Counted from the stretch's first letter, positions 1 through 12,454 are shown. The stretch: DNA of 64,000 nt from Granulosicoccus sp. (GCA_045110475.1 JBGCGC010000035.1:6203-70202), one strand, 5' to 3'. The notes: generated by a model from the sequence alone, not told the origin. A program made the numbers and translations.

Positions 1-1
1 A

Positions 2-199
2 AGCGCTGCAGGCTCAGTTGGCTGGTTTACTGCCATGACGTATCAAAATCCGGCGCTGGTTAAGTCGCTGGGGCAGATAGAGATCCTATTCACGCTGTGT
101 CTGACAACCTTGTTCTTCAAGGAGAAGGTGACGCTGCGTGAGCTACTCGGCGTAAGCGCCATTATTGGTAGCGTTGTGTTGATTGTCTGGCATCACTAG
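2..199 (+). CDS. C-terminal fragment of a DMT/EamA-family transporter (runs off window start)
   Basis: My translation of frame 2 gives SAAGSVGWFTAMTYQNPALVKSLGQIEILFTLCLTTLFFKEKVTLRELLGVSAIIGSVVLIVWHH*. This is hydrophobic with the typical EamA ending (FFKEK..L..G). Confidence 0.7.
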   Translation, partial: SAAGSVGWFTAMTYQNPALVKSLGQIEILFTLCLTTLFFKEKVTLRELLGVSAIIGSVVLIVWHH

Positions 200-241
200 C
201 TTGTAATGCGTGTAAAAGCCTATCAAGCAATAGTACGCAGG

Positions 242-718
242 CTAACTACCCACCAGCAGCGGCTCAAGTTCGGCAAGCGCGCGCTTATACACCTTACGCT
301 TGAAGAATATGACTCGTCGAGAAGGCTCCCAGTAATCAACCCAACGCCAGTGATCAAACTCCGGTTTGGGGCTGTTGGCCAGATCGACCGATTCTTCGTT
401 ACCCAGCATGCGCAGCATATACCAGATCTGTTTCTGACCGATACACAGCGGGATCTGGTTCTTGCGCACATAACGCTTGGGCAATCGGTACCGAAGCCAC
501 TCGCGAGTACAACCTAATACATCAACATCATCCGGATTCAAGCCAGTTTCTTCCTTGAGCTCACGATACATCGCTTGCTCTGGCGATTCTGACGTGTCAA
601 TGCCTCCCTGCGGAAACTGCCATGCGTCCTGTCCGATACGTCTTGCCCAGAAGACCTGGCCTTCTGTATTACTAAGGATGATGCCGACATTGGCTCTGTA
701 GCCATCATTGTCAATCAT
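242..718 (-). CDS. rppH: RNA pyrophosphohydrolase (Nudix)
   Basis: [15 protein letters not shown] start, WQFPQGG and Nudix box [30 protein letters not shown]. Start moved to the conserved MID at 718. Confidence 0.97.
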   Translation of the reverse strand: MIDNDGYRANVGIILSNTEGQVFWARRIGQDAWQFPQGGIDTSESPEQAMYRELKEETGLNPDDVDVLGCTREWLRYRLPKRYVRKNQIPLCIGQKQIWYMLRMLGNEESVDLANSPKPEFDHWRWVDYWEPSRRVIFFKRKVYKRALAELEPLLVGS

Positions 719-749
719 GTCGGAATCCATCATTCATTTCTCATACCTG

Positions 750-778
750 ATTCTTCCAAAAAAAACCGGGCTATGCAA
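750..778 (-). promoter_or_regulatory. Candidate sigma70 promoter of rppH
   Basis: Minus strand TTGCAT-N17-AAGAAT, with TG just before the -10. Confidence 0.3.
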
Positions 779-908
779 ACTCCAATGTGAAACTGATCCT
801 GTTTTCGACAATCTTGATGGTGTCTCAGCGAGATGTCTTCTGATCTTCTGAAAAAAACAGGACCCATCAGCGGGATATTCAGCAACGACAGATGTCCATG
901 ACACCTGA

Positions 909-1478
909 TCATGTGCGTGGAAGCGTAACGCCACGCTGGCCCTGGTACTTGCCACCGCGATCTGCATAGGAGGTTTCGCAAATCTCGTCACTTTCAAAAA
1001 ACAACATCTGCGCCACCCCTTCATTGGCGTAGATCTTCGCAGGCAGCGGCGTGGTGTTAGAAAATTCCAGCGTCACATGGCCTTCCCACTCAGGCTCCAG
1101 AGGCGTTACATTTACGATGATGCCGCAGCGTGCATAAGTGCTTTTTCCAAGGCAGACCGTCAGGACACTGCGCGGTATGCGGAAGTACTCCACCGTGCGC
1201 GCCAGCGCAAATGAGTTAGGCGGAATGATGCAAACATCGGATTTCAGATCAACGAAGCTGGCCGGATCGAAGGCCTTGGGATCAACAATCGCGTGGTTGA
1301 TGTTTGTGAATATCTTGAATTCATCAGCGCAGCGCACGTCGTATCCATAGCTGGACGTACCGTAGGAGACAATCTTCTGGTTGTCGCTATCCATACGCAC
1401 CTGACCAGCCTCGTACGGCTCGATCATGCCGTGCTCTTCAGACATGCGGCGGATCCATTTGTCGGATTTGATGGCCAT
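909..1478 (-). CDS. dcd: dCTP deaminase
   Basis: [12 protein letters not shown]..., [46 protein letters not shown]. The true start is ATG 1478; the longer ORF overlaps apbC. Confidence 0.97.
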   Translation of the reverse strand: MAIKSDKWIRRMSEEHGMIEPYEAGQVRMDSDNQKIVSYGTSSYGYDVRCADEFKIFTNINHAIVDPKAFDPASFVDLKSDVCIIPPNSFALARTVEYFRIPRSVLTVCLGKSTYARCGIIVNVTPLEPEWEGHVTLEFSNTTPLPAKIYANEGVAQMLFFESDEICETSYADRGGKYQGQRGVTLPRT

Positions 1479-1491
1479 AGTGAAGAGAGTC

Positions 1492-2583
1492 TCAGGTATT
1501 CTGGATGACAATATTCGGAAACTTCGATGAATAATCCTTGGCCTGAGTGGACAGACGAGCAGCCGCGCGGCGCGCAACCTCTCGATAGATGTCTGCCGTC
1601 CGGCCGTTGGGCTCAGAGACAACTGTGGGCTTACCGGTATCCGCCTGAAGCCTGATATTGAGTTCCAGAGGCAAACAGCCCAGCAAATCGATGCCAGCTT
1701 CCGAAGCCATCGTCTGACCGCCGCCCTGACCGAAAATATGTTCCTCGTGTCCACATTCGCTACAGATATGGGTAGACATGTTCTCAACAATTCCCAGAAT
1801 GGGCACTTCGACCTTTTCGAACATCTTCAGGCCCTTGCGGGCATCGAGCAAGGCAATATCCTGAGGCGTGGTGACAATAACAGCGCCACTAACTGGCACT
1901 TTTTGCGCAAGCGTCAGTTGTGTGTCCCCCGTACCGGGCGGTAAATCGATGATCAGGTAATCCAGATCCCGCCATTTTGTATCGTTAAGCAGTTGCTCCA
2001 GCGCCTGCGTGACCATGGGCCCACGCCAGATCATGGGCGTTTCCTCGTCAATCAGAAATCCGATGGACATGGTCTGCACACCGTAATTTTCCATCGGCTC
2101 CAGACTCTTGCCATCGATGGATTCAGGTTGTCCCGACAGCCCCATCATGCGCGGTTGACTGGGACCGTAGATATCCGCATCCAACAGGCCGACTGTGGCA
2201 CCCTCCGAGGCCAGCGCAAGCGCCAGGTTTACGGAAGTGGTGGATTTTCCCACGCCACCCTTGCCCGAGGCAATGGCGATAATGTTCTTGACGTTCTCAA
2301 GCCGCTTGACGCCATGCTGAACTGAATGCGCAATGATTTTGTGTGACACGGTAACGGTCGCGTTGCTTACCCCGGCATGCGCCGCCAGAGATTCGCTCAC
2401 CATATTCTTGAGGGTCGCCGCCCAACGCTCACAGGGATAACTCATGACCAGATCGATACTGACCGAATCACCCTCTATCTGTATGTCCTTGACCGCTTTT
2501 GACGCCATCAAGGACTGTTCAAAATGCGGGTCTATCACCTGTTGCAGGGCTGATTCGATTTTTTCGCGTGAAACTTCAGACAT
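1492..2583 (-). CDS. apbC: Fe-S cluster carrier ATPase ApbC/Mrp
   Basis: [41 protein letters not shown]; divergent from metG as usual. Confidence 0.96.
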   Translation of the reverse strand: MSEVSREKIESALQQVIDPHFEQSLMASKAVKDIQIEGDSVSIDLVMSYPCERWAATLKNMVSESLAAHAGVSNATVTVSHKIIAHSVQHGVKRLENVKNIIAIASGKGGVGKSTTSVNLALALASEGATVGLLDADIYGPSQPRMMGLSGQPESIDGKSLEPMENYGVQTMSIGFLIDEETPMIWRGPMVTQALEQLLNDTKWRDLDYLIIDLPPGTGDTQLTLAQKVPVSGAVIVTTPQDIALLDARKGLKMFEKVEVPILGIVENMSTHICSECGHEEHIFGQGGGQTMASEAGIDLLGCLPLELNIRLQADTGKPTVVSEPNGRTADIYREVARRAAARLSTQAKDYSSKFPNIVIQNT

Positions 2584-2819
2584 CCGACGACAAGACTCCC
2601 ACTGAATAGTTGGACTGTTAGACTAGGGCCAGAGGTTTTCCATGATCGAAAACCGGCGTAACGGCAGACTATACACGTAGCGGTAGTACTCCCGCGACCC
2701 CTGTCATGGTCTGATCGGTTCCGGTGTTGTCATGAGAAATCCCTGATAGGCGATGCATCGCGATGCAAGCCGATTGAACCCGATGCGATAAACCCTCTAG
2801 AGATGAACCGAATTCCACG

Positions 2820-4844
2820 ATGAGCCGTCAGATTCTGGTAACCAGCGCCCTTCCCTATGCTAACGGTGCCTTGCACATCGGGCACATGCTTGAGTACATC
2901 CAGACCGATATCTGGGTGCGCTACCAGCGCCTTGCGGGCAACCGCGTGCAGTGGGTGTGGGCCGATGACGGCCATGGCACGCCCATCATGCTGTCGGCTG
3001 AGGCAGAGGGCATCACACCCCTTGAGCTGATCACCCGCTTTAAGGAAGAGCACGAGCGAGATATCGCTGGTTTTTTGCTCTCCCCGGATAATTTCCACAC
3101 GACTCACTCGGAAGAGAACCGTGAGCTGGCCGAACTTATCTACACCAGACTGCGCGACGCTGGGCATATCGTCAAGCGTACGATCAAGCAACTGTATGAC
3201 GCTGAAAAGGCGATGTTCCTGCCGGACCGTTTCGTCAAAGGCATCTGCCCGAACTGTTCAGCAGCCGATCAGTACGGCGACAACTGCGAAGTGTGCAGCG
3301 CAACCTATGATGCCACCGATCTGAAAGAGCCAGTGTCGCAGGTGTCCGGTACAAAACCTGAGCTTCGTGATTCTGAGCAGTACTTTTTTGCCTTGAGCCA
3401 ATTCAGCGATATGCTCAAGGACTGGACAGCCAGTGGTACCTTGCAACCGGAAGTAGCCAACAAATTGAAAGAGTGGCTGGAAAGTGGCCTGCAGGATTGG
3501 GATATCTCCAGAAATGCACCCTACTGGGGATTCGAAATTCCCGATGCCCCCGGCAAGTATTTTTATGTATGGCTCGATGCTCCTATCGGTTACATCGCCA
3601 GTCACAAAAATCTGAGTGCACGAACCGGTGAGGATTGGGAGGCGAGCTGGAAACCCGACTCAGACGTAGAGCTCTATCACTTCATAGGCAAGGACATCAC
3701 CAACTTCCATTGCCTGTTCTGGCCAGCCATGTTGCAAGGTGCAGGTTTCAGAAAACCAACCGGCGTCTTCTGTCACGGATTTCTGACCATCGACAACCTG
3801 AAGATGTCCAAGTCACGGGGCACCTCCATCAAGATAGAGACATGGCTAAAGCATTTACAGCCCGAGTATCTCAGGTACTACTATGCCTCCAAGCTCAGTG
3901 GCAGCGTTGTTGATCTGAACATGAATTTTGACGATTTCGTCACGCGATGCAACGCCGACCTCGTGGGCAAGGTTGTCAACATTGCCAGCCGATGCGCAGG
4001 CTTCATCACCAAGAAATTCGATGGCAAGCTTTGCGCAAGCTATCCCGAGGAGGCGCTGCCGAACTATGAGCTATTTACCTCGGCGCGACAGATTATCGGA
4101 GAGTATTACGAGCAACGAGAGTATGGCAAAGCCATGCGTGAGATAATGATCCTTGCCGAACACGCCAACACCTACATCAACGATGCTGAGCCGTGGGTTA
4201 AAATAAAGGATCCAGACAAGGCAGAGGAAGTTCAAACCATCTGCACTATCGGCTTGAACTACTTTCGCGTTATCGTCACTTATCTGAGCCCTGTGCTACC
4301 AGACATTGCAGGCAAAACCGAAATATTTCTCAATACAAGCCTGTCTCTGGAATCCATTGAAGAGCCACTGGTTGATCACACCATCACGACATACAAACCC
4401 ATGATGACCCGGGTAGAAAGCACGCAGATCGACAAGATACTGGAAGAGACCAAGGCGTCAGCACCAGCGACAGGCACGCCTGTGGACCCTGCCACAAGCG
4501 ATATCGACGCTTTGAAACCTGAAATCGACATTGACGATTTTAACAAGGTCGATCTTCGCGTGGCACTTATTGTCGATGCCCAGCCCGTAGAAGGCGCGGA
4601 CAAACTGGTACAACTGACCCTGGACATTGGCATTGAACAACGCACCGTTTTCGCCGGCATCAAGGCGGCCTACAAACCACAGGAGCTGATCGGGCGGCAA
4701 ACCGTCATGGTGGCCAACCTCAAGCCGCGCAAGATGCGCTTTGGCCTGTCCAGCGGTATGGTGTTGGCCGCAGGTCCCGGTGGGTCAGATCTGTTTATCC
4801 TGACACCGGACGAAGGCGCGGCCGCCGGCATGCGCGTCAAATAG
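2820..4844 (+). CDS. metG: Methionine--tRNA ligase
   Basis: [13 protein letters not shown], Zn knuckle CPNC...CEVC, KMSKS, C-terminal tRNA-binding domain ([10 protein letters not shown]). Confidence 0.98.
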   Translation: MSRQILVTSALPYANGALHIGHMLEYIQTDIWVRYQRLAGNRVQWVWADDGHGTPIMLSAEAEGITPLELITRFKEEHERDIAGFLLSPDNFHTTHSEENRELAELIYTRLRDAGHIVKRTIKQLYDAEKAMFLPDRFVKGICPNCSAADQYGDNCEVCSATYDATDLKEPVSQVSGTKPELRDSEQYFFALSQFSDMLKDWTASGTLQPEVANKLKEWLESGLQDWDISRNAPYWGFEIPDAPGKYFYVWLDAPIGYIASHKNLSARTGEDWEASWKPDSDVELYHFIGKDITNFHCLFWPAMLQGAGFRKPTGVFCHGFLTIDNLKMSKSRGTSIKIETWLKHLQPEYLRYYYASKLSGSVVDLNMNFDDFVTRCNADLVGKVVNIASRCAGFITKKFDGKLCASYPEEALPNYELFTSARQIIGEYYEQREYGKAMREIMILAEHANTYINDAEPWVKIKDPDKAEEVQTICTIGLNYFRVIVTYLSPVLPDIAGKTEIFLNTSLSLESIEEPLVDHTITTYKPMMTRVESTQIDKILEETKASAPATGTPVDPATSDIDALKPEIDIDDFNKVDLRVALIVDAQPVEGADKLVQLTLDIGIEQRTVFAGIKAAYKPQELIGRQTVMVANLKPRKMRFGLSSGMVLAAGPGGSDLFILTPDEGAAAGMRVK

Positions 4845-4848
4845 CCGG

Positions 4849-5427
4849 ATGCATGAGCTTGCGCTCATTCTTTTGAGTACGGTACTGGTCAACAACTTCG
4901 TGCTAGTGCAGTTTCTTGGCTTATGCCCGTTCATGGGTGTATCCGGGCGAGTAGATTCTGCTATTGGCATGGGGGTCGCAACGACATTCGTGCTGACGTT
5001 GGCAACCAGTCTGAGCTTTCTGGTCAACCGCTGGTTACTGGTTCCGTTCGAATTAGGCTATTTGCGCACGCTGAGCTTTATTGTTGTCATCGCTGTGGTT
5101 GTACAATTCAGTGAAATCGTCATCCGCAAGCAAAGTCCACTGTTGCATCGGGTGCTCGGCTTGTATTTACCACTCATAACCACCAACTGCGCAGTTCTTG
5201 GTGTTGCATTACTGAGTATTCAACAACAACATACTCTGCTTGCGGCCATGTTTTACGGTTTTGGCGCAGCCGGTGGATTTACTCTGGTGTTGGTGCTGTT
5301 TTCGGTTCTGCGTGAGAGACTGGAGCTTGCTGATGTACCCGCCCCCTTCAAAGGCAGTGCAATCGCCTTGATGAGCGCGGGTATCATGTCGTTGGCTTTC
5401 ATGGGATTTTCAGGTTTGGGATCATGA
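4849..5427 (+). CDS. rnfA: Rnf/Rsx electron transport complex subunit A
   Basis: [20 protein letters not shown] and [12 protein letters not shown] motifs. Confidence 0.96.
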   Translation: MHELALILLSTVLVNNFVLVQFLGLCPFMGVSGRVDSAIGMGVATTFVLTLATSLSFLVNRWLLVPFELGYLRTLSFIVVIAVVVQFSEIVIRKQSPLLHRVLGLYLPLITTNCAVLGVALLSIQQQHTLLAAMFYGFGAAGGFTLVLVLFSVLRERLELADVPAPFKGSAIALMSAGIMSLAFMGFSGLGS

Positions 5428-6020
5428 CGGATGCCCTTGCCGCAATCGCGCTGATGGTCGTGATCATGGCATGCGTTGGCTACGCCTTGTCTCACCTGTC
5501 ACTGCCAACGCGTGCGTCAACTCGAAAAAATGCGTCTACTGATGATGCCTCCATGGCGCTACACGATGAATCAGCCAATGAAACCCTCATAGAGGAGGTC
5601 AACCGCAGACTTCCACAAACACAATGTGCGCAATGTGGACACCCAGGCTGCCGCCCTTACGCAACGGCCATTATCAACGACAGTGCGCCGATCAATCAGT
5701 GTCCACCTGGTGGTGAAGCCTTGATTGAGGAACTGGCAATCCTACTCGGCACTCAAGCCCTGCCGCTGGATAGCGACAAGGGACAGACAAAACCTGCACA
5801 GGTGGCGCTGATTGTCGAACCGGATTGTATCGGATGCACCTTATGCATAGCCGCGTGTCCAGTGGATGCAATAGTCGGAGCCTCCAGATTGATGCACACC
5901 GTTATCGCCGATCAGTGCACCGGCTGTGAACTTTGCCTGCCACCCTGTCCCGTGGATTGTATTGAACTTCTTACGCTGGAGATGCCACTTCACCGATGGC
6001 AGTGGCCAAAGCCATCATGA
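5424..6020 (+). CDS. rnfB: Rnf complex subunit B
   Basis: [18 protein letters not shown], two 4Fe-4S motifs [12 protein letters not shown] and [12 protein letters not shown]; ATGA overlap with rnfA. Confidence 0.93.
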   Translation: MTDALAAIALMVVIMACVGYALSHLSLPTRASTRKNASTDDASMALHDESANETLIEEVNRRLPQTQCAQCGHPGCRPYATAIINDSAPINQCPPGGEALIEELAILLGTQALPLDSDKGQTKPAQVALIVEPDCIGCTLCIAACPVDAIVGASRLMHTVIADQCTGCELCLPPCPVDCIELLTLEMPLHRWQWPKPS

Positions 6021-7549
6021 ACTGGCATAAAAGAATCCTCTCTGCGATGGCAACGCGATACCGTCACGGCTCGATAACACCACCGCATGCTGCCTCTGGT
6101 GGATTGGCACTTGTCCGCAACAAGCCCGGGCTCGGTAACCTGAACACAGCAATCACTGAGTTACCCTTGCCACAACAGCTAGTCTATCCACTGCTTGATT
6201 ATTCCAAACACGCTGTAAAACCATGGGTGGCGGTTGGGGCATCAGTAACCCTCGGAGACAAGCTGGCTCATGGCATTCTTGCTACAGCTAATGGTGTTGT
6301 ACAAGCCATCGAGCCGAGGCAGATCATACACCCCTCTTACCGCGAAGCACTATGCGTGGTTGTGGATGTTGACACCTCCTGTAACGAACAAAAACAATCG
6401 CTCCCACCTCTGGAAGCTCTTGATACCCATCGTCTTGAACAAGCAGGCATCTTCGGATTGGGAGGGGCGGGATTTCCAACGGTCAGCAAACTTGCAAACG
6501 CCAACAAGAACGGGCACGGTATACAAACCTTACTGGTGAATGCGGTCGAATGTGAGCCATTGATCAGTTGCGATGAGGCCTTAATCCGCAGTAACGCAAT
6601 CGATGTTGTTCATGCGATTGTGTCGATGATAAAACTCAGTGCATGCCAACGTTGCATTGTCGCGATTGAAGAGGACAAACTTGAGGCCATTGACGCACTT
6701 GATACCGCCATCGCCACTATACAAACCGACACCCCTATCGACCTTGTTCGCTTAACAGCCATCTACCCCTCAGGTGCTGAAAAAGTACTGGTACAACGCA
6801 TTACCGGGCGAGCAATACCATCAGGATCACGGGCAAGCGATGACGGAGTATTGTGTCTGAATGTCGCCACCATCGTTGCAACCTGGTATGCGCAAGCGGG
6901 CTATCCTCTAATTTCTCGTGTAGTGACGGTTGGCGGAGGCATGAGCTCCAATCCTGTCAACATTCGGGTGCGTATCGGCACAAGCGTGTTGGACGTGTTA
7001 CGAATGACGGGCAATCTGCCGGCAAGCGATCAGGCACGGGTACGCGCAGGCGGACCTCTCAGTGGTTTTGACTTACCGAGTCTGGCAGTACCAATAACCG
7101 CTACCACTAACGCTATAAGTATTGAGGCAACCGCACTGAAGAACGAAGCCGTCTCGTGTATCCGCTGCAGTCAGTGCAGTGATGTCTGCCCGATCAACCT
7201 GGTACCTCAACAGCTGTTCTGGTACGCCAAGGCAGATGACGTAGATGGGGCAAGGCGTTTCGGTCTGGCTGATTGTATTGAATGTGGTTGTTGCGACCTC
7301 GTCTGCCCATCCCATATCGAGCTGACTTCCACGTTTCGGCATTGCCGAGCCATCTGGCGGGAACAGGAATACCAAAAATGCGAAGCCGAGCTTGCCAGGG
7401 CACGTTACGAGCAGCGTGATAGACGACTCGCACTGCGTGAACAGGAAGCGCAACGTATCCGCGATGAGAAAAAATCTCTACTCAGTTCTACCAGCGATCC
7501 AATCGCCGCTGCGCTTGCACGCTCACGTGCGCGCAAAAAATCCTCATGA
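6017..7549 (+). CDS. rnfC: Rnf complex subunit C
   Basis: [35 protein letters not shown] and [15 protein letters not shown] 6017 overlaps the rnfB stop. Confidence 0.93.
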   Translation: MNWHKRILSAMATRYRHGSITPPHAASGGLALVRNKPGLGNLNTAITELPLPQQLVYPLLDYSKHAVKPWVAVGASVTLGDKLAHGILATANGVVQAIEPRQIIHPSYREALCVVVDVDTSCNEQKQSLPPLEALDTHRLEQAGIFGLGGAGFPTVSKLANANKNGHGIQTLLVNAVECEPLISCDEALIRSNAIDVVHAIVSMIKLSACQRCIVAIEEDKLEAIDALDTAIATIQTDTPIDLVRLTAIYPSGAEKVLVQRITGRAIPSGSRASDDGVLCLNVATIVATWYAQAGYPLISRVVTVGGGMSSNPVNIRVRIGTSVLDVLRMTGNLPASDQARVRAGGPLSGFDLPSLAVPITATTNAISIEATALKNEAVSCIRCSQCSDVCPINLVPQQLFWYAKADDVDGARRFGLADCIECGCCDLVCPSHIELTSTFRHCRAIWREQEYQKCEAELARARYEQRDRRLALREQEAQRIRDEKKSLLSSTSDPIAAALARSRARKKSS

Positions 7550-8628
7550 ATGGCTTAACAATAGATACATCGACCGTTAATCACCAACGACGCTCGGTTG
7601 CGTTCATCATGTTGCATGTAATCGCCGCGCTTCTGCCTGGCATAGCGGTTTATAGCTTGTTGATCGACAGCCGGCTATTGCCCAATATTCTTATTGCGGG
7701 TGCCTGCGCGGTGTTTTTCGAATCCATTCTTGTCATGATCAGAAAGCGCGCAGTGCGACCGGTCCTAAAGGATGCCAGTATCGTGCTAGCTGCGCTTTTG
7801 CTCGTGCTTAGCATTCCGCAGTCATTGCCCGTCTGGCAGCTGATACTGGGAATCTTGGTGATGTGCACGCTGGGCAAACATGTGTTTGGAGGTCTGGGGC
7901 ATAACCCATTTAATCCTGCGATGGTGGCCTATGCGTTCTTGATCGTCTCCTTTCCGGTAACAATGACACAATGGAGTTCCGATCAGGGCGTACTGGATTC
8001 ACCGGCTGCATCTCAAAGTGCCAGGGTAAATTTGAGCAATGATGAGCAGCAGCGTCAAGCCTGGGACAGCTTGAGCGGTGCAACACCACTGGACCGGCTG
8101 GCCACGTTAAAACGGGACACCAGTCAGGCATCGGTAGCTGCAGGCGACATTGAAAGCGCCTCTGTCGATAGCACACAGCTTATTCTGTCTTCTGACTGGG
8201 TCTGGCTGAGCCTTGCATGGCTGGTGGGCGGTGTATACCTGCTGTTAATGCGAATCATTAGCTGGCGCATTCCACTGTCTGTCATTACCACGATCTGGTG
8301 TTCTTACTTTTTATTTGGATTGTTTTCAACGGTAACGGTACTGCCTGCAACGGTGGCCTTGTTTTCCGGCGCTATTATGCTAGGAGCTTTTTTTATAGCG
8401 ACAGACCCAGTCAGTGCAGCAACCAGTGATACCGGTAAGCTTGTCTATGGCGCAGGCATTGGCGTGTTGTGTTTTTTTATCCGTGAATTCAGCGCCTACC
8501 CGGAAGGCATGGCATTTGCGGTATTGTTGATGAATATGTGTGTGCCGCTTATCGATCATGCCTTCACCCGCAATCGGTTGCCAAAGGCTAATACAGGCAA
8601 CACCCCGCCCGACAATCCACGTAAGTGA
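7546..8628 (+). CDS. rnfD: Rnf complex subunit D
   Basis: GGLGHNPFNPAM, FMN-attachment SGATPL, AFFIATDPVS. Confidence 0.95.
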   Translation: MNGLTIDTSTVNHQRRSVAFIMLHVIAALLPGIAVYSLLIDSRLLPNILIAGACAVFFESILVMIRKRAVRPVLKDASIVLAALLLVLSIPQSLPVWQLILGILVMCTLGKHVFGGLGHNPFNPAMVAYAFLIVSFPVTMTQWSSDQGVLDSPAASQSARVNLSNDEQQRQAWDSLSGATPLDRLATLKRDTSQASVAAGDIESASVDSTQLILSSDWVWLSLAWLVGGVYLLLMRIISWRIPLSVITTIWCSYFLFGLFSTVTVLPATVALFSGAIMLGAFFIATDPVSAATSDTGKLVYGAGIGVLCFFIREFSAYPEGMAFAVLLMNMCVPLIDHAFTRNRLPKANTGNTPPDNPRK

Positions 8629-9257
8629 ACGCTTTCATGAGCACACCCGCGCGTTCGGCCATCATCCTTGCAATCAGCGTCGGACTTGCGCTGCTTATGT
8701 TGACTATTATTAACGCTCTTACCGAGCAGCGCATCATTGAGGCACGCAGGCACTGGATGCTGGACAACCTCTCATCGGTATTGCCTGACGGCCCTTTCGA
8801 CAGCAATCCAGTCGACTCTGTAAAAAAACACATTGAGCCTTCATTGGGAAGTATTGAACCATTGGAGCTGTACACCGCATATCAAAGTGGTAAGCCAGCT
8901 GCAGCGGTGCTTGAGATAGTCACAATGGAAGGCTATAGCGGAATGATTCGATTGTTGCTTGGGCTACTTCCTGATGGATCCATTGTTGCTGTCAGAGTTA
9001 TCGAGCACAAGGAAACTCCAGGCCTTGGCGATGCTATCGAAAAGCGCAAATCTGACTGGATCAGGCAATTCGAATTACGCTCCCTGTCGTCCAACATGCC
9101 AAAGCGGTGGCAACTAAAGAATTCAGGTGGACAATTCGATGGTCTGACGGGAGCGACCATAACCTCAAACGCCGTTATACGAGCGGTGCATCGTGCTGTG
9201 AGCTGGTACGATGTCAATAAACATAGAGTATTCGATAAGGACATAACCGATAAATGA
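8625..9257 (+). CDS. rnfG: Rnf complex subunit G
   Basis: GYSGMI, HKETPGLGD, FDGLTGATITS FMN motif. Confidence 0.95.
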   Translation: MNAFMSTPARSAIILAISVGLALLMLTIINALTEQRIIEARRHWMLDNLSSVLPDGPFDSNPVDSVKKHIEPSLGSIEPLELYTAYQSGKPAAAVLEIVTMEGYSGMIRLLLGLLPDGSIVAVRVIEHKETPGLGDAIEKRKSDWIRQFELRSLSSNMPKRWQLKNSGGQFDGLTGATITSNAVIRAVHRAVSWYDVNKHRVFDKDITDK

Positions 9258-9940
9258 GTGATGTGGCGCACGCCTCGCAAGAGGACATGCCGAGTGGTGT
9301 TGATGTCCGGCGGTTATGGCTGAAAGGGTTGTGGCAAGATAATCCTGCGTTGGTAAAACTACTCGGGCTTTGCCCGTTGCTGGCAGTAAGCAATACCGTC
9401 ACCAACGCTTTGGCACTGGGTATCGCCACCACCTTGACCTTGTTAATCAGCAATGTCTGTGTATCAATGCTACGTGGCTTTTTGATACATGCCATACGAT
9501 TACCCATGTATGTACTGATAATTGCCAGCACGGTTACGGGTATCGAACTCATGATGCAGGCCTGGCTGCCCGCCCTGCACGCCTCGCTGGGCATATTTCT
9601 GCCATTGATCGTCACCAACTGCCTGATTATTGGCAGAGCGGAAGCCTTTGCATCTCGACAGAACTGCAATAGTGCAGCTGTTGATGCGCTTGCCATGGGT
9701 ACAGGGTTTACCTGGGTATTGATCTGTCTGGGTGCCGTTCGCGAAGTGATAGGACAAGGAACATTGTTCGACGATGCCCAGTTGCTGCTGGGCGATTTTG
9801 CCAGCAACTGGACGGTGAAAATTCTAGCGGCCGAGCACACCGTGTTGCTTGCATTGTTACCACCAGGCGCATTTCTGGTACTTGGCATTATGCTGGCACT
9901 GAAGAACCTCATCGATCAATCAAGATCAACAGATACATAG
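9254..9940 (+). CDS. rnfE: Rnf complex subunit E
   Basis: NPALVKLLGLCPLLAVS, PLIVTNC..IGRAEAFA, LPPGAF. Confidence 0.95.
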   Translation: MSDVAHASQEDMPSGVDVRRLWLKGLWQDNPALVKLLGLCPLLAVSNTVTNALALGIATTLTLLISNVCVSMLRGFLIHAIRLPMYVLIIASTVTGIELMMQAWLPALHASLGIFLPLIVTNCLIIGRAEAFASRQNCNSAAVDALAMGTGFTWVLICLGAVREVIGQGTLFDDAQLLLGDFASNWTVKILAAEHTVLLALLPPGAFLVLGIMLALKNLIDQSRSTDT

Positions 9941-9957
9941 ACCGGAAGCCAACTACC

Positions 9958-10386
9958 ATGCTGTTTACTCAGGATCGGACGCGCACCCGTCAGTTGTTCA
10001 GGAGCACATGGCACAAGCATGTCAATGGCGAGGTGCTTGAGCCATTGGAAAAACAGATTGCCAGCCTGCTGGATGAGCACCCCGAATACCACGCCTTGGT
10101 CAGTGGTGATGACGATGTGCTTGATCGTAACTTCGTGGCCGAAGACGGACATGAAAATCCCTTTCTGCATCTGAGCTTGCATCTGGCTCTACGCGAACAA
10201 GTAGGCACCGACAGGCCTGTGGGCATCGCTTCGATTACCCGATCGTTACTGCTCAAGCATGGTGATGGACATGCGGTAGAGCACATGATGATCGAAAAGC
10301 TGGGTCTGTATCTGTGGGAAGCCCAGCGACAGGAGAGAGCGCCTGACGAAGCCGCCTACTTGAACAGCCTGCGCGAACTTCTCTAA
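9958..10386 (+). CDS. DUF1841-family protein
   Basis: HPEYH and NPFLHLSLHLALREQVGTDRPVGI motifs; this family commonly follows rnf/nth. Confidence 0.85.
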   Translation: MLFTQDRTRTRQLFRSTWHKHVNGEVLEPLEKQIASLLDEHPEYHALVSGDDDVLDRNFVAEDGHENPFLHLSLHLALREQVGTDRPVGIASITRSLLLKHGDGHAVEHMMIEKLGLYLWEAQRQERAPDEAAYLNSLRELL

Positions 10387-10543
10387 CCTGGCTCAGCCAT
10401 TTCTGGGAGATAGTTCAGTTGCAAGTGTTGCATGTATCCCAATTGCGAAGAGCACGCTTGCGAACCTGACTTATTACCTTAAGAGATACGTGTTTACGTC
10501 GATTTCTGCTGCAGGCTGGGGGTAAACCAGGATAGATGCTTTT

Positions 10544-12373
10544 GTGAAGATACAGGCTTCAGCCGCCTGTTCTTCTGCCCAAATACAGGCTGACTTCATG
10601 ATTCACGTTGCAACTCCACGTCTATTAACTGGCTTGATGGTGATTCTCTGCCTCGGCGAGATCGCACACGCTGATGCAGCGTCCAGCTCATTCCGGTTCT
10701 ATGAGCATCCCGGAACAAGCAGGGACACATCACGAATACGAGAACCACAACTTGGTGCGGCTCACGCCATAAGTCTCAGTAGTGAACTGCATGCAGAATT
10801 CAGTGACGCGGACATTGCCGAAATTCGCAGACTTGGGCCGTGGCTGACCGACGATGGCATTTCACACAACGCTCAGGTTCTGATCAGAACAGTTCAGGAC
10901 GCGCGCGTCCATGGACTCAGTCCTGAAACCTACAAGCTGTCGAGTATGCTAGCAATCGTCGATGCTTTATCACACATCGACGACACACGGGCGACAACAA
11001 CATCAGAACACGCCCTAAGTAGTGATGATGAAATCACTGCTCTTCGCCTGAGGTTAAGCAGACTGCTGGACGATAACTTCATCAAGCTCACCGAGCACCT
11101 TGGCCAAGGTGTCGTGAACGGCAGGGCCGTGCAATCAAGGCTCTACAGAAACCCGCCCCGCGTCAATGCGTTCAACCTGCTGGTATCGGTCAGTAGTGCT
11201 GAAATCAGTGTAAAACAAGCTTTGAGCCAGATCATGCCATCGCATCCGTATTACGGAAGACTTACTAGCGCCATGCGAGATCGGCTGACAGAGCAGTCAA
11301 CAGGCGGCATACGTACCAAGGTGGCATCAAGCAACGAAGCCAGACTGATTTCCGAAGCTTCGGACAAACAGATCATTCGCGAAAGACTTCTTGAAACAGG
11401 CGATTTGACGTTTGAAGCCTACAATGCAATCAATGTCGACGCTGAACTTATCAAGGCCTTGCGTTCGTTTCAAAAACGCCACGGTCTGGAAGCCAGCAGT
11501 TTCGCTGACGAAAAAACACGCACCGCTCTCAACAGAACCGTCGAAGACGACATTATTGATATCGCCTTAAACCTTGAGCGCTGGCGATGGTTACCGCGCG
11601 ACTTCGGGGAGCGTCACATCTTTGTCAACATTCCTGACTATCGTGTCAAGCTGATTGAAAACGGAACGACCAGTTTGTCGATGGCTGCAGTGGTTGGCAA
11701 GTACAAACATCAAACCCCATCATTCACGCGCGACATGAGCTACATGGAATTCAATCCTACCTGGACTGTGCCTGCGAAGATTGCCAACAAGGAGTTAATA
11801 CCCAAGGAACGACGAACGCCTGGTTATCTGAAATCGAGGCAGTTCGATTTTCTGAAACGCGTTGGAAATCATCTCATCAAGGTACCCGCTGATTCGGTCA
11901 CCCGGGCAGATTTCAATGCTGCCTACTTCCCCTACGTACTGCAACAGCGAGGCGGCCCAATCAACGCCTTGGGCAGGATGAAGTTCATGATGCCCAATCA
12001 GTACGCTATCTATCTTCACGATACGCAGTCAAAGAAGCACTTCACGTTGAACGATCGTGCCTATAGTCATGGTTGCATCAGACTGGGAGATCCCGATGCG
12101 CTGGCTCAGCAACTTATGCAAGGCGACGGATACAGCCAGAGAAAGATTGATGAGTCGTTGAGCTCAACACTGACACATCGGGTGAGATTCAGAGAGCCTT
12201 TGCCTACCCACCTTGTCTATCTTACGACCTGGATTGACGAGAACAACCGATTGCAAAACAGGCCTGATATCTATCGCAACAACAAACCACTTCTGGAGGC
12301 CATGCAAGCTTCCGGAACCTTGCTTGCTGAACGTTCCGGTTATTCGGCAGACAGCGCCGGATTGGGTAGCTGA
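10544..12373 (+). CDS. L,D-transpeptidase, YcbB/LdtD type (scaffold + PG-binding + YkuD domains)
   Basis: FQKRHGL, NLERWRWLP, VNIPDY, NPTWTVP, IYLHDT, catalytic SHGCIRL. The start may be ATG 10598. Confidence 0.92.
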   Translation: MKIQASAACSSAQIQADFMIHVATPRLLTGLMVILCLGEIAHADAASSSFRFYEHPGTSRDTSRIREPQLGAAHAISLSSELHAEFSDADIAEIRRLGPWLTDDGISHNAQVLIRTVQDARVHGLSPETYKLSSMLAIVDALSHIDDTRATTTSEHALSSDDEITALRLRLSRLLDDNFIKLTEHLGQGVVNGRAVQSRLYRNPPRVNAFNLLVSVSSAEISVKQALSQIMPSHPYYGRLTSAMRDRLTEQSTGGIRTKVASSNEARLISEASDKQIIRERLLETGDLTFEAYNAINVDAELIKALRSFQKRHGLEASSFADEKTRTALNRTVEDDIIDIALNLERWRWLPRDFGERHIFVNIPDYRVKLIENGTTSLSMAAVVGKYKHQTPSFTRDMSYMEFNPTWTVPAKIANKELIPKERRTPGYLKSRQFDFLKRVGNHLIKVPADSVTRADFNAAYFPYVLQQRGGPINALGRMKFMMPNQYAIYLHDTQSKKHFTLNDRAYSHGCIRLGDPDALAQQLMQGDGYSQRKIDESLSSTLTHRVRFREPLPTHLVYLTTWIDENNRLQNRPDIYRNNKPLLEAMQASGTLLAERSGYSADSAGLGS

Positions 12374-12454
12374 GCCAGTTAATTGTAAAAGCTAACCCTG
12401 TTTACGGCCCACTGGATTTAACGCGTAAAACAACAACACGCCTTAGAACACACT

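Noticed and set aside
1479-1790. N-terminal extensions of dcd, and similarly hrpA, argS and pntAA, in the ORF track
   Set aside because: They are upstream alternative starts overlapping neighbours or promoters; conserved N-termini or RBSs indicate later starts.
2751-2767. Palindrome TGCATCGCGATGCA upstream of metG as an operator or riboswitch
   Set aside because: It does not match a Met box (AGACGTCT), SAM riboswitch or T-box features that I can recognise.
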